Source: Podospora anserina (lineage: Eukaryota). Taken from it: 64,000 nt of DNA. The stretch is taken from the NCBI GenBank assembly GCA_017654855.1, contig CM030337.1:1612001-1676000 (forward strand), given 5' to 3'. Of the stretch, positions 49,001 through 61,832 are shown one piece after another. How positions within the stretch are numbered: position 1 is the stretch's first letter; every line of letters begins with the position of its first letter. Both the position numbers and the translations under genes were made by a program. The notes beneath the pieces were generated by a model. That model made no database searches. It was not told the origin of the DNA and worked only from the letters and a program-made list of their open reading frames with translations.

Positions 49001-49955
49001 AGAAAGACTCGGTCTTGACAATCAATACCGCCGTGGTATTCTCATTGCCCATGACCATGGCCGCTCCTTTGCATTTCAAGTGAATTGGCAAGGTCTGCAA
49101 AAAGAGTGGTATGTCATCCACTCCGCTCGGGCTGCTGCTCTCCTCATCCCTGCCTGTATCAGAAGCAGACGATAGGAAGCTGTCGCGCCTTTTCTCTTGA
49201 GTGTCCGATCGGTCGTTCTGGGCGGTGAAGCGTCCTGCTGATGGGCTTCTGGACGCACTTGACCGTCGCGATCGGCGTCGGCGCAAACGAGAGGGAGGAC
49301 CAGCCGGCACATTTTTATCGCCCAATCCATGATGTACCTCATCCACCAACTTCTCGGAGTTTGAAAGACCAGCTACTATCGAGTCGTAGGCCGGGCTCCG
49401 ATTGTATATAAACCACTCCAAGCCACGGAGCGAGACTACAACACGGCACGGTGTCCTCCTTGAGTGTTCGTCGGAAGCAACATCTTGCTTGTTTCCCTTG
49501 CCCTTTGCCTTCCCAATCTCCACATGCCGGACCCTTCGTAGCCAGTATGCCCATGTGATGTGTCCATTCTGAACTAGAATCGTCTCGTTATTGCCGTGAT
49601 ATCGAAGACCGGTGAAGAAGATGCGTCCAGCGAGCAAGGATATTTGGAGCGCCTGAATATCGATGTAGATTCGGTATTGGTGCCATGTGTACGTTCGTAT
49701 CCCCCACGATACAATCGACGCGAAGACTCTGTTGAAGTAGAGCAAGGAGAATGTTGATCTTTTGCTGGGTGGTAAGCATCACATGCCTATATGGGCTCCT
49801 AATGCATCGCCCACTTACAAGACACCACAAGCTATCAGGATCCCGCAAAATTGCCTGCCAACAAGCCATTAGTCGATATATCCATGTTAAACCAATCTTA
49901 TGATACCAAGAGCTTACGCATTGAAGGCAGTTTCATTGCTGAACCAGCCCGACAT
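40029..49955 (-). CDS. CSF1: Csf1/BLTP1 bridge-like lipid transfer protein (~3270 aa); 3 exons
   Basis: Spliced start MSGWFSNETAFNA|QFCGILIACGVL|STFSLLYFNRVFASIVSW; IQALQISLLAGRIFF; YGPWADRHR; C-terminal PQLRDMGEATPPLEWIGLHR. Confidence 0.92.
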
Positions 49956-50615
49956 ATTGGTGAGTTGATGGTGGGTTCGTCTCGCCACGGGCGCCGCGTT
50001 GCTGTTGAACCCCTTTCAGGCCGTATGCGCCGCTCCTCATTCCGCCGTAAGAAAGTGGAAAGGTAAAGTCAAATTCTATCGCATGTCAAAAAAAATATTC
50101 CGCGCGACCCAAAACTCCGGTAGCAAAAGACAAAAATGTATGGAGCTTGTATTGCAAGAGCAATCCGGCTCAGTTGTAATTGGAAAGCTTCAGACACGGA
50201 CCAGAAGTGCTGTCGCGACACTATCGACAGGGGGTAGAGTCCACTGAGAGACTGTGCGTCACTGAAAGCAGGTTGCCGGCGGGCATCCCGCTCTCAAGAA
50301 CCCGGCAGGCAACTGGCGCAACAATTTTGTTCCCTACCGGCGCGTGGGTGGAAGGTACTTTGATACATGCCCAGCGCTGTAACACCCCAGCCAAGTGCGC
50401 GGGACCACCCCAGTTGCCTCTGCGGCGCTGTTTGGAGCTTCTGGCCCGAGGATCGTCGTCATCTCAACCGCCTCCAACACAACCACACAACGTCGTTTTC
50501 TGGGAGTTTTGTGCTCCACCACCATGCACTTCGCACCTTTGAAGGCTGCTTTTCCCACCGGTTGATCCCGGTATTTGCTTACATTTCCCACGTCTGTCCA
50601 GCACCCATCGTGACA

Positions 50616-52604
50616 ATGGGGGGCTCAGGTCAGAAGTTCGAGACCATCACAACTGTGGTTGCTGGTGTCGCGTCCATTATCGCGACCTTGTTGTCTATTG
50701 TGTATGGCTTCCTCTAGCTTCTGTGTCTTGCCCCGGGTCAAGGCTCTCCACTAGTATGTCCCGTTAACTGACTCGTTTGCTGAACAGATCGATATGGCTG
50801 CAGACGTGAGTCCATACCCAAGTGTGGCATCCACCATGAGACGAATCCCAGTAACAGCGAAATAGTAAGAATTACCGGAAGCCGTTGCTACAACGCTATG
50901 TCGTCCGCATCCTCCTTATGGTCCCCATTTACTCCATTGCCTCGTGGTCCAGCATGGTCTCGCGAACAGCCGCCGACATACTCGACCCGATACGAGATAT
51001 CTACGAGGCCTTCACGATCTACACCTTTTTCCAGCTCTTGATCAACTACCTTAGTGGTGAGAGGGCACTGATTATCATGACACATGGTCGGAAGCCTGTT
51101 CACCACGTATGGCCCCTGAACCATGTGCTACCTCCCTTCGACATATCTGACCCGCATACCTTCCTCGCCATCAAACGCGGTATTCTACAGTATGCGTGGC
51201 TCAAGCCTTTGCTTGCACTAGCGACGGTCATCATGAAGGCTACTGGGACATTCCACGAGGGCAGAATTCAACTCGACTCGGGATACCTTTGGAGCGGTCT
51301 TATCTACAACGCCAGTGTGACTATCAGTCTGTATGCTCTGGGCCTCTTCTGGGTCTGCATGAATGACGATCTCAAGCCTTTCCGGCCGATGCCCAAGTTC
51401 TTGTGCGTCAAGCTTGTGATTTTTGCCTCGTATTGGCAAGGCTTTGCCTTGTCGATATTAGTTTGGCTCGGTGTCATCCCAGAGGGCGCCGACAAGTCTT
51501 CAGAGAGTATGGCTGCTGCCATTCAGGATTTTTTGATATGCATCGAGATGCCGGCCTTTGCCATCGCTCACTGGTATGCCTTTTCGTGGCACGATTTTGC
51601 CGACAACAGGATTTCTTCGGCAAGAATGCCTGTACTGTATGCTGCGAGAGATGCTTTTGGAATCCGCGACCTCATTCAGGACTCCAAGGAGACATTCTCA
51701 GGAGACAAATACGGCTATCGGGTCTTCGATTCTGGGGACAAGATCATGGCCCATGAAGCCTCCCGATCACGACTGGCTCGCATCAAGGAAGGCATGCGCT
51801 ATGAAAGGGGAGGCAAGGGCAAATATTGGATTCCGAGGCCTGATGAGATCAACCAGACGACACCTCTGCTCGGTAACAACGGCGGGCCAAGTCGTCGAAA
51901 CGGGTCTCAGTCACCACATACCAACGATCTAGATGAGTTGATACTTGATCCAGATGAAGAAGCCCTCTACAACAGTGCCAGGAAGCTTGAGTTTGGGGAT
52001 TGGAACGTAGGTGGCGTCTCTGCTCACATGACGGTTTCCGTTACTGATCAAGATTTAGTACCCGGTTATCACAGCAAATCAGCCAGCAAGTGAGAGGTAC
52101 CGGTCGCCGTTCCCCAGCCCGTATCAACAAAGCCCCTCACGACGTACACCCGATGGTAGCTTTTACCAGCGCTCTTCCACAAGCTCGGTTCCTTCGTTGA
52201 ATTCGAATGCGGCACTAGACCGCAGAAAGAAGCAAGCACCAGAAGGACCACAAGCTGGTATCGATGACAAGAAAGGAAAGAACAAGGCCAAGGGGTCCAG
52301 CTCAACTGGAGTTGGTGGTGCTGATCCACTCGAAATTGCCTATGGTCCAACAATAGGAACGCACAAAGAAATTACCGAGGACGACTTTAACGTTGATGTC
52401 GAAAGCGGCTTGCACAAACCACAAGATCATGAGTTTGTTGAGCCTCATCCTACGCCTCCTCCACGGGAGGATGACGAGAGCCCGATCAATGAGGAACGTG
52501 GACAATGGGAACGGAGTGATGGTGATGGTGCAGATGACAGCCACAAAAGCCCCCAGTATGCAACTGGGAGCGAAGAGGAGTTCCAGAATGTCTGGGGACG
52601 GTGA
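50616..52604 (+). CDS. DUF300/OST-alpha/TMEM184-family membrane protein (Hfl1-like); 4 exons including an 18-nt microexon (50788-50805)
   Basis: Splicing restores SIV|SIWLQT|KNYRKPLLQRYVVRILLMVPIYS. Also RDIYEAFTIYTFF, KFLCVKLVIFASYWQG and QDFLICIEM. Confidence 0.9.
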
Positions 52605-54258
52605 TTGAAGTTGTTGATTTTGCCACCTTTGAGCATTCGTCGAGGTTCTTTTTAGATACCCGCCTTGAAGATGAATCAGGTTTTATGTACACGGTTATGG
52701 ATGTCTGGGTTAGTCTGAGCATTACATGGAGTTGGTGGCGGCGAGGGCATGGTTTGCGAGCGTATCTTTACACACTGCTTTGGAATAATAACAGAGTTAC
52801 TCTTCAAACGTCTTTGGACCATAGGTCAAGGGCTTGCTTGACCTCAAGGTGTTTACGTTGCCCCCGGGTGTAATGTGAATCGTGACGTCTAACAGGCACT
52901 GGCTAGATAATCTAGCCTGCGGCAAGTGGCAAATCCGGCAAATCCGAGCCAAGCCACTTGTAGCTTGGAATTCAAGCTCTTTGGGCAGCGATCCAGATCC
53001 ACATGCGGTTCGTCAAAGCACGGTTCAGCTGAAGCTCAGCTTTGCTTGTGCTCAGAAGCTCATGAGCTCTCATTCAACCTCATCATCGAGGAATGGACAC
53101 GGTGGGTGTAACCATGTCCTGTACAGTATACCTAGGTACCCTGTTAAAACCGAGATGCAACTTTGTATCCATATCAGCCAGAGGTTCGAACTTCACGGCT
53201 CCACCGGTTTTTTAATTGTTTCTTCTTCCTTGCCTAGGCGCCGTTGATAAGGCCAGCGTTAACCCCGCAGTTTCCGTTATGCCCATGGCATGGTCCCACC
53301 AACCGGTGCAACCCGTGTGAGAAAAAAAAATCAACAGGCCACAATGTAGTGTGACATTTTGTGGTTTCGGTGTCTGGCGCTAGCGGTGTTTGATGCGAAA
53401 CGAGCTGCCGAAAACAGTGGTCAATTGGAGCTCCAACGGCGAGAGGTGGCTGGCAAAAGGGCGAGCTTCCCAGTTCCTTCACCTTGATTTGTGAGCTTCC
53501 TCGACGTTGCTGTTGCAATGTGGTCTGTGCTTTTTGGCCATCCTCGAAAGAAAAGAGGGGCCTCATCCCTACCTACTTGGACGTAAGCGGGGTCTAAGCT
53601 CCGAGAGCACCTCAAAGCAAGTGCTTGTTGTTGGAAATAAAAAAGGTCGAGGTTTGAAGAAATTATAAGCTCTCGAGACAGGGTCGAGTAGAAGAAAATA
53701 AGACATCAAAACCATCAGCCAACTGATATTATCCTCAGGGTATGCATAACAATATCCATCTATGCTTGTCTGCCTGCTGCCGCCGCGGGGGTTCTCTTTT
53801 TTTTTTGGCTGGATTGGCGAGGGGAAAGAGTGAGAGGAGGGGGAGGGGCAAAACAGGGCTTGACCCTCCCATGTCAGTTGCATCAGCCGACGCACAAGTG
53901 GCAGGGGGCCAATGGAGGGGCACCAAATCCACCAAATTGATATCATCGAGCCCCACCAATTGTTACCCCTCCACCTTCCCCTCCCCATCGCCTTTTTTTC
54001 ACCTTTTTCTCTCCCTCACAGCAGGCTTCGCATCCCACCGGCTCTGCTTTCTCAACCCTCTCTGTTTTTTTTGTTAGCTGTCGGTCTGGGGCTGATAGCT
54101 GATCCACTGAAGCAGGACTACGGTACCCTGGTTAGCCGACTCTCGGGTTTGCTCGACCAACTTTAGGGAAGAAAATTTCTCTGCTCGCGGAGTTTCTTCA
54201 CCTCGACACCATCAACCAAAAAACCCATTTCTAGGAGGTACTCGTCAATACCGCCAAG

Positions 54259-57191
54259 ATGGTCAAGTAAGTGCCTCTTCACGCCGCCGTACACCTCTGC
54301 TCGTCTCTGGCGCTTCGAGGGCTCGTCGTCGATGACCTCTTTGTCCGACGGCATCGATGCGCGCGCCCAGGTTACCCCGCCCGGAGATAGCAAGAAGACT
54401 GAGCAGAGGTGTTGCACGACAACACGTAGGTGATGGCGATGATGTTAACCATGGTCCCTCTGCAGCTTCACTATCGACGAGATCCGTGCCTTGATGGGTA
54501 AGTCTTCCTCTCTTCGTCGCTGAGCATGTCGGCGCCATCTCGAGATATCATGCTGACCCTCCCCTCCAGACAAGCCCACGAACGTGCGCAACATGTCCGT
54601 CATTGCGCACGTCGATCACGGCAAGTCCACCCTGACCGACTCTCTGCTGGCCAAGGCTGGTATTATCTCCTCCGGAAAGGCCGGTGAGGCTCGTGCGACA
54701 GATACCAGAGCCGACGAGCAAGAACGTGGTATCACCATCAAGTCCACTGCCATCTCCCTGTATGGTACTCTTCCCGAGGAGGAGGATCTCAAGGACATTG
54801 TTGGCCAGAAGACCGACGGTTAGTAATCCTCCATCAGTTTTGCTTGCTGGTTAGGGCTGCGAAATGCTGACTGTCGATTCACAGGCAAGGATTTCTTGAT
54901 CAACTTGATCGACTCGCCCGGTCACGTTGATTTCTCTTCCGAAGTCACTGCCGCTCTCCGTGTCACCGATGGTGCTCTCGTCGTCGTCGACACCGTCGAG
55001 GGTGTGTGCGTCCAGACCGAGACTGTGCTCCGCCAGGCTCTCGGTGAGCGCATCAAGCCCGTTATCATCATCAACAAGGTCGATCGCGCTCTTCTCGAGC
55101 TCCAGGTCTCCAAGGAGGATCTTTACCAGTCCTTCTCCCGTACCATCGAGTCCGTCAACGTCATCATCTCCACCTACTTCGACAAGTCGCTCGGTGATGT
55201 CCAGGTCTACCCCGACAAGGGCACCGTCGCCTTCGGTTCCGGTCTCCACGGCTGGGCTTTCACCATCCGTCAGTTCGCTACCCGTTACGCCAAGAAGTTC
55301 GGTGTCGACCGCAACAAGATGATGGAGCGTCTCTGGGGCGACAACTACTTCAACCCTAAGACCAAGAAGTGGACCAAGAACGGCACCGCTGACGGTGGTG
55401 CTCAGCTCGAGCGCGCTTTCTGCCAGTTCATCTTGGACCCCATCTTCAAGATCTTCGCCGCTGTCATGAACTTCAAGAAGGACGAGGTTACCACCCTCCT
55501 CGAGAAGCTCAACCTCAAGCTCGCTGTCGATGACCGTGAGAAGGAGGGCAAGCAGCTCCTGAAGGCTGTCATGCGCACTTTCCTTCCCGCCGCTGACTGC
55601 TTGTTGGAGATGATGATTCTTCACCTTCCTTCCCCCGTCACTGCCCAGAAGTACCGTGTCGAGACTCTTTACGAGGGTCCCGCTGATGACGAGGCTGCCG
55701 TCGGTATCCGTGACTGCGACCCCAAGGGTCCTCTCATGCTTTACGTCTCCAAGATGGTTCCCACTTCCGATAAGGGTCGTTTCTACGCTTTCGGTCGTGT
55801 CTTCTCCGGTACCGTCCGCTCCGGTCTCAAGGTCCGCATCCAGGGCCCCAACTACACCCCCGGCAAGAAGGAGGATCTCTTCATCAAGGCCATTCAGCGC
55901 ACCGTCCTCATGATGGGTGGCAAGGTCGAGCCTATCGATGATATGCCCGCTGGTAACATTGTCGGCTTGGTTGGTGTTGATCAGTTCTTGCTCAAGTCTG
56001 GTACCCTCACCACCATCGACACCGCCCACAACCTCAAGGTCATGAAGTTCTCCGTCTCCCCCGTCGTGCAGCGCTCCGTCCAGGTCAAGAACGCCCAGGA
56101 TCTTCCCAAGCTTGTCGAAGGTCTCAAGCGTCTCTCCAAGTCAGACCCTTGCGTCCTTACCATGACCAACGAGTCCGGTGAGCACGTCGTTGCTGGTGCT
56201 GGTGAGCTCCATCTCGAGATTTGCTTGAAGGATCTCGAGGAGGACCACGCTGGTGTCCCTCTCATCATCTCCGACCCCGTCGTCCAGTACCGTGAGTCCG
56301 TCACTACCAAGTCCAGCATGACTGCTCTCTCCAAGTCCCCCAACAAGCACAACCGTCTCTACATGGTTGCTGAGCCCATTGAGGAGGAACTTTCCGGTGC
56401 TATCGAGGCCGGCCGCATCAACCCCCGTGATGATTTCAAGGCCCGTGCCCGTGTCCTTGCCGATGACTTCGGCTGGGATGTCACCGATGCCCGCAAGATC
56501 TGGGCTTTCGGTCCCGATGGCAACGGTGCCAACTTGCTCGTCGACCAGACCAAGGCCGTCCAGTACCTCAACGAAATCAAGGACTCCGTCGTCTCTGGTT
56601 TCCAGTGGGCCACCCGTGAGGGTCCCGTTGCTGAGGAGCCCATGCGCAGCATCCGCTTCAACATCCTCGATGTTACCCTCCACGCCGATGCTATCCATCG
56701 TGGTGGTGGCCAGGTTATCCCTACTGCTCGTCGTGTCCTGTACGCTTCTGCTCTTCTTGCCGAGCCCTGCCTTCTCGAGCCCGTCTTCTTGGTCGAGATT
56801 CAGGTCCCCGAGCAGGCCATGGGCGGTGTCTACGGTGTCCTTACCCGCCGCAGAGGTCACGTCTTCGCCGAGGAGCAGCGCCCCGGCACTCCTCTCTTCA
56901 ACATCAAGGCCTACCTCCCAGTCATGGAGTCCTTCGGTTTCAACGCCGATCTCCGCCAGGGTACTTCCGGCCAGGCTTTCCCCCAGTCCGTCTTCGACCA
57001 TTGGCAACAATTCCCCGGTGGCAACCCCATCGATGCCACCTCCAAGGCCGGTCAGCTCGTCCAGACCATGCGCAAGCGCAAGGGTCTCAAGGTCGAGGTT
57101 CCCGGTGTCGACAACGTGAGTTTTATTCTTTACATTATGATGAGCGCAACAGTCTTGCTAACAATGCATACAGTACTACGACAAGCTTTAA
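54259..57191 (+). CDS. EFT2: Translation elongation factor 2; 5 exons
   Basis: [53 protein letters not shown]; diphthamide loop [11 protein letters not shown]; last exon YYDKL*. Extreme codon bias. Confidence 0.98.
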
Positions 57192-57598
57192 ATGGTGCCT
57201 GCCGATTGGCATATGACTCCTTTCCCTGTGTACTCAGCGTGATGAAAAGTTGGGGCGCATGGTTAATGTCTGGCGGTTACGACCCTGGGCGTGGAGGAGC
57301 AAAAACTAGGAAGGACGGTGGTGCGAAAAGGCAATTTCATAGAAAGTTGATGGCACCAGATTTTTCCTTGCTATACTTTTGCTTTGGGCCTGTTTTAAGT
57401 TACGTAGATATGAATTACTTGCATTGACAAAGAATTATGTTATATCATGGTGCCTAGATGTGAAGTGTCTCTTGTCATATCTTGAAGACTTTGGATGGAA
57501 GACAGAGCGGCTGGGCAATATGTTGACCTAACAGTTTGTTCTTTTCTTATGCCAGGCCAAGTCTCCCCTTATCATGTCTGCTTCCTGCCTGCTCTATC

Positions 57599-57718
57599 AC
57601 ATATGACCATAACCAGCTACAAATACGGCATCCCGTCCGCTCTGCCCTCGTCAAATAGTTGAGTGCCGAATCAGTACTCAGGTGGGTGACTACTGGGGAA
57701 TCCTCGGTGTTGTATGTT
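57599..57718 (+). rRNA. 5S rRNA gene, divergent type
   Basis: 120 nt: ACATATGACCATA...ATCCCGTCCGCTCT...AGTA...GGTGAC...GAATCC..GGTGTTGTATGTT, followed by an oligo-T terminator. The ends pair as helix I. Confidence 0.92.
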
Positions 57719-58164
57719 TCTTTTTCTTTTTCCCCTTACATCATATTATACGACCATGCCAAAGATGACTTGCCTGTCAACAATTAACAGGATTAGCTTC
57801 TCGTCATGTATTCTTTTGCCTTTCTTGTTGGTCGTTTTGGTGAACTCTCGCTCTATCCAGAGTTGCTTTACCCTACATCGATCCTGCAGGAGTCTCCCTT
57901 GGGTCTGAAGGAAAGCATACAAAGAACAAATTTATCCCTAATGATTATCACAACGGGAACATGATCGCTTTTTGGTCTCTGTCCATTTCATTTTCTTTCT
58001 CTTTTCCATTAATCGCAAAAATAGGGTATCGAACACGATTATTAAAACACACAACTTTTTCCCATCCTGACCCCCCCCCTTCTTTCTCCCCTGTCCCATT
58101 CCTCTAACCATCTCTCTCCCCACCAACCAACCCCCTCAACAGCTATATTCGCTACACACCACCT

Positions 58165-58901
58165 TTATTTCCCCTCAACCAACCTCTCCACCTTTTCCAG
58201 GAGTATTTTGCTCTCCCTTCCGAGTCTCATCTTGCCGTTCTTGTCCGGCCTCTTGGCCTTGTCCATTTGCCTTTTCCACTTTTCTCTCTGCTTGATCCTG
58301 TCTTCGCGTTCCTTTTGCCTCCGGGCAAATTCGGCGTTGCGGGCTTCCTGCTTTGCCTTGAGTTCAGCCGCTTTGGCGAGTTCTTTTTCGTAGTAGTCGG
58401 GTTTGCGCTGCTTTTGGTTTTTGCCGCGGGAGCGGTCCCCGTTGTTGCGTTTGGGGAGAGGGGGGAAGTCAGGAGCGTTGGCGTTGGGATTGGGGGGTTC
58501 GTCGGTTGTGAGGAGGTGGAGGCGGTCGGGGTGGAGGTCTGGCTCGGGAGCTGGGCCAGTTTGGGAGGGTGAGTTGGGTGTTGGTTCGGAGGGCGCGCCT
58601 GCTGGGTGGATTATGGGAGAGGGTGGGAGCTCGGGGAGGGCGGGGGTGGGTTCAGAGGCGTGGGCGGCTTTGATCTTGGAGTATTTTTTTTTAATTTTGG
58701 CTTTGGTGATGAGGTCTTTTTTGATTTTGGTCACTAAGAGATGGTTAGTATAAGGGCGGCGCAAGACCATTGGGGTGGCATACCCTTGCGCTTCCAGGCG
58801 CCGTCGGGGAGGTTGTCGGGGCCTACTCGGAAGCCCTGGCGGGGTTTCTTTGTGAATTTGTCGGCGGCGTCGCCGTCTTCGTTGGGGCGCTTGGGTGCCA
58901 T
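58165..58901 (-). CDS. FYV7: Small basic rRNA-processing protein (Fyv7-like); 2 exons
   Basis: MAPKRPNEDGDAADKFTKKPRQGFRVGPDNLPDGAWKRK|VTKIKKDLITKAKIKKKY...GKMRLGRESKILLEKV, with intron GTATGC...CTAAC...TTAG. Confidence 0.75.
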
Positions 58902-59007
58902 TTTTGGGGTTGGTGTGATGTTGGGGTGTGTGGGTTGAATGAAGCTCGATCTACGATTGACGATACTTGGAGCTGGTGGTGGAGGGACTTTTTTGCCAGA
59001 AGATTCG

Positions 59008-59024
59008 CGATAAGCGCGTTATCG
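59008..59024. promoter_or_regulatory. Inverted repeat CGATAA-N5-TTATCG upstream of the Fyv7-like gene
   Basis: cgataa gcgcg ttatcg, about 110 nt upstream of the ATG; a candidate GATA-type or dimeric factor site. Confidence 0.4.
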
Positions 59025-60277
59025 GGACTTGGCAGTTTGGGCGGTGAAGCAATTAAAGGTGGGTCGAGTTGTGCAATGGAACGCTAGATGCGCTAATGCT
59101 CGAGGTTCGGTTAGTCACAGCCAACACATCTTCCTTTGTACTGCCGGGTATCAATCAACACTGATCAGGCGCACCAAAGAATTTGGAGATGGCGCAGAGG
59201 CACGGCAGATACGGGCTGTTTTTTCCTTTCACCAAAAGAGCTCGGGTTTCAGACACAGGGCGAGGGTGACAAGCCGGCCGGAAAGATCCATGCTGACACT
59301 GACTGGCACCTTGAACGGCATTTGGCGGATGTGTTCCGACATGCTACCAGAAGTGGCGATGACGCACATTGGTTCTGGACAATCTGTTGGCCAACCACCT
59401 GGCGTTCGCTTTCTTGCTGTTTTCCCTCACTCATCATCAGCCACGAGAGCCAACGGGTCTTGCTTGGTCGGACCTAAGACAAGTGCAGTCACGACAATCC
59501 ACGGGGCATCGGGCATGCCAGCGCCACCACAAAAAGAAACCACATGAAGGTACCCGGCATTGTTCGTGGACATCGCTAACCCCCACTGAGCAGCGGAGTA
59601 CTTAAACCGCCCACAGAAGCCCAGTCCTGGTCTAGCGTCCCCTGATGTGACCTGCCGTCACTATGAGAATCGAGCAACGTCTGAAGCTCAGAATCATTCA
59701 CTCACATCGACGCAACTTTTGGTCCGAACCGTTTTCTCTTTCCCAACGCCTCGGAGCAAGTCAGCTTGCTTCATTCAGGCTCTTACAAGCCCCTGTCTGG
59801 ACTTTTAATAACCCGCGCAAGGCACAGCTGCCGTTTCCAGCGCTCATCTGAGAAATAAAGAAATCGAGTGACTCGGGTCACGACCTTATCTCGGTACCGC
59901 TCGTCATTATTCATTCAGAACCCTTCTTTTCCAGCCAAAACATCAAACTGCTCTCAAATTTGCACGTATCAAACCGACTTCTTTGCTATTTGTCTTTGCT
60001 CGTCGGGTCCCTGCTCCGGTGTCACTACTGTTGTTATTTTCTTATTCCGCCAACTGCTCCGAGGCCGAACAGACAGCGCATGGCTGAGGCCCGAGGCGGA
60101 AGCAGAGGCCTTCGCGCGTGGAGAAAAAGGTCCAGCTCACGGTGCTTCAGTTTGGCCACACGCCATGGGCACCTTGAATGACATAGGGTGACGGGAATTT
60201 GAACTCGTCTCATATTGCCGACGTCTTAATTTCTCGCTTCAAGTGGTCTGATCTGGGATTTCGAAAGTTCAAACATC

Positions 60278-61780
60278 ATGCCCATGCTGCGAGAAGACGA
60301 CGCAGGCCAGCAAGATGCTGTGCCAGATGTGCCGGATCATGTCGAAGATAATTTCACCAAAATAATTCCTCCACAGTTGCAACCGGGTCTCTCAAGGTCA
60401 TTGAGCAGGAAACTGTCAGAAGAAAGTATCAGAACCGAGTTGTGTGAGGGACCTATACCGGATAGCCCTCCCGTCCCTTACAAGTCGACCACGCCTGAGC
60501 CACCATCACATGCCGTCTCTGACCGCGCCGAGTTGATTGAACGCATCAAGAGAGGGGAAAGCCCTACCTGGGTGCCAAATCGTCATCTGGGATCGTTGTT
60601 CCAGCAAGACAATATCTCGCTGCCGCCTCGAACACCGCCACCACCACCACCACCACCACCACCTGCGTCCATGTCCCCGGGGCTACTACCTCCCCCTACC
60701 ATAACACCCGAGAAAAAGGATGGGGATGTGATCGGGCTGCAACCTGATGCTCAACTTCAGGAAGGACTAAATATCGAAAGACCACGATCCGCGCTCCATA
60801 GCGGCAATTTCACACCGCAAGAGCTGTCTCCTGGTGAGGTAGAGAAGGAAGCGAGGCAAAGTCATCACAACCCCTTTCAACCGCCCAGCAGTGCTCCATG
60901 GATTGCGACCTCACCACCAAGAGACTTTCATCCCTTTGGTTACGGGAATGCAGCTGCAAGCCACCGCAAGGATGCGTTCGACTACCGCAAGGAGGCCTTT
61001 GGTACACCGGGAACACCTTCACTTAGCTCGTCTCTTTCATCAAGCTTTGTCTACAAGCCACCAACGAGTCCGCTTGTTCAGTCAGAGATCAACGAGGAAA
61101 TCGACTTGGCGCTACCCTTGAATAGTATCAATATTGCTTCGAGTAGTCCCCGGGCGAGCCCACGAAGGCACATGCTCAACTTCGGACCACCCTCCCTCAA
61201 CAATGTGGCTGGCCAGAGACAAGTGCCCCAACGTCGTGAGGGCAATCACCCATATCAAGCCCACCAACCTCGACGATCTCTGAACTCAACTCCTGTATTT
61301 TCCTTTGCCGGCTCACCACCACCACCACCACCCACCCCTTGGAGTGCAAGACGACCGTCGGTGGGCTCAGAGGCATCCCCTCTCCATCACGCCTCCCTAG
61401 TCGGATCCTACGAGGAGAGCATCCTCCGAGGTCGCATGTCAACCACCCCCTCCAAACCTCTAGAATTCATAGCCCAAATCGGAGTTCTCGGTCTAGGAAA
61501 ATGCAAGTCCAGCCTCCGTTGCCCACCACATGTCACCCTCCCCTTCTCGGCCGTCTTTTACAGTTACGCCAGCACCTCCCATGGCAGAAGCAAAACACAC
61601 GATGGCCCAAGTCCATACGTAGGGAATATCGATCTCGAGAATGGACTCACCAACCCCGACGAGGGCCAACGAGCAAAGAAGAAACTCCAGTCACGATACC
61701 CCGAGCGGAAGGTCACAGCAGCAGAAGATGATGATGACGAAACCGGCGACCACCTCTCCGACAGTAGCAAACACCCAACC

Positions 61781-61832
<52 letters not shown>

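Noticed and set aside
54851-57010. Long antisense ORFs (392 aa and 289 aa) opposite eEF2
   Set aside because: Shadow ORFs produced by extreme codon bias of the sense gene.
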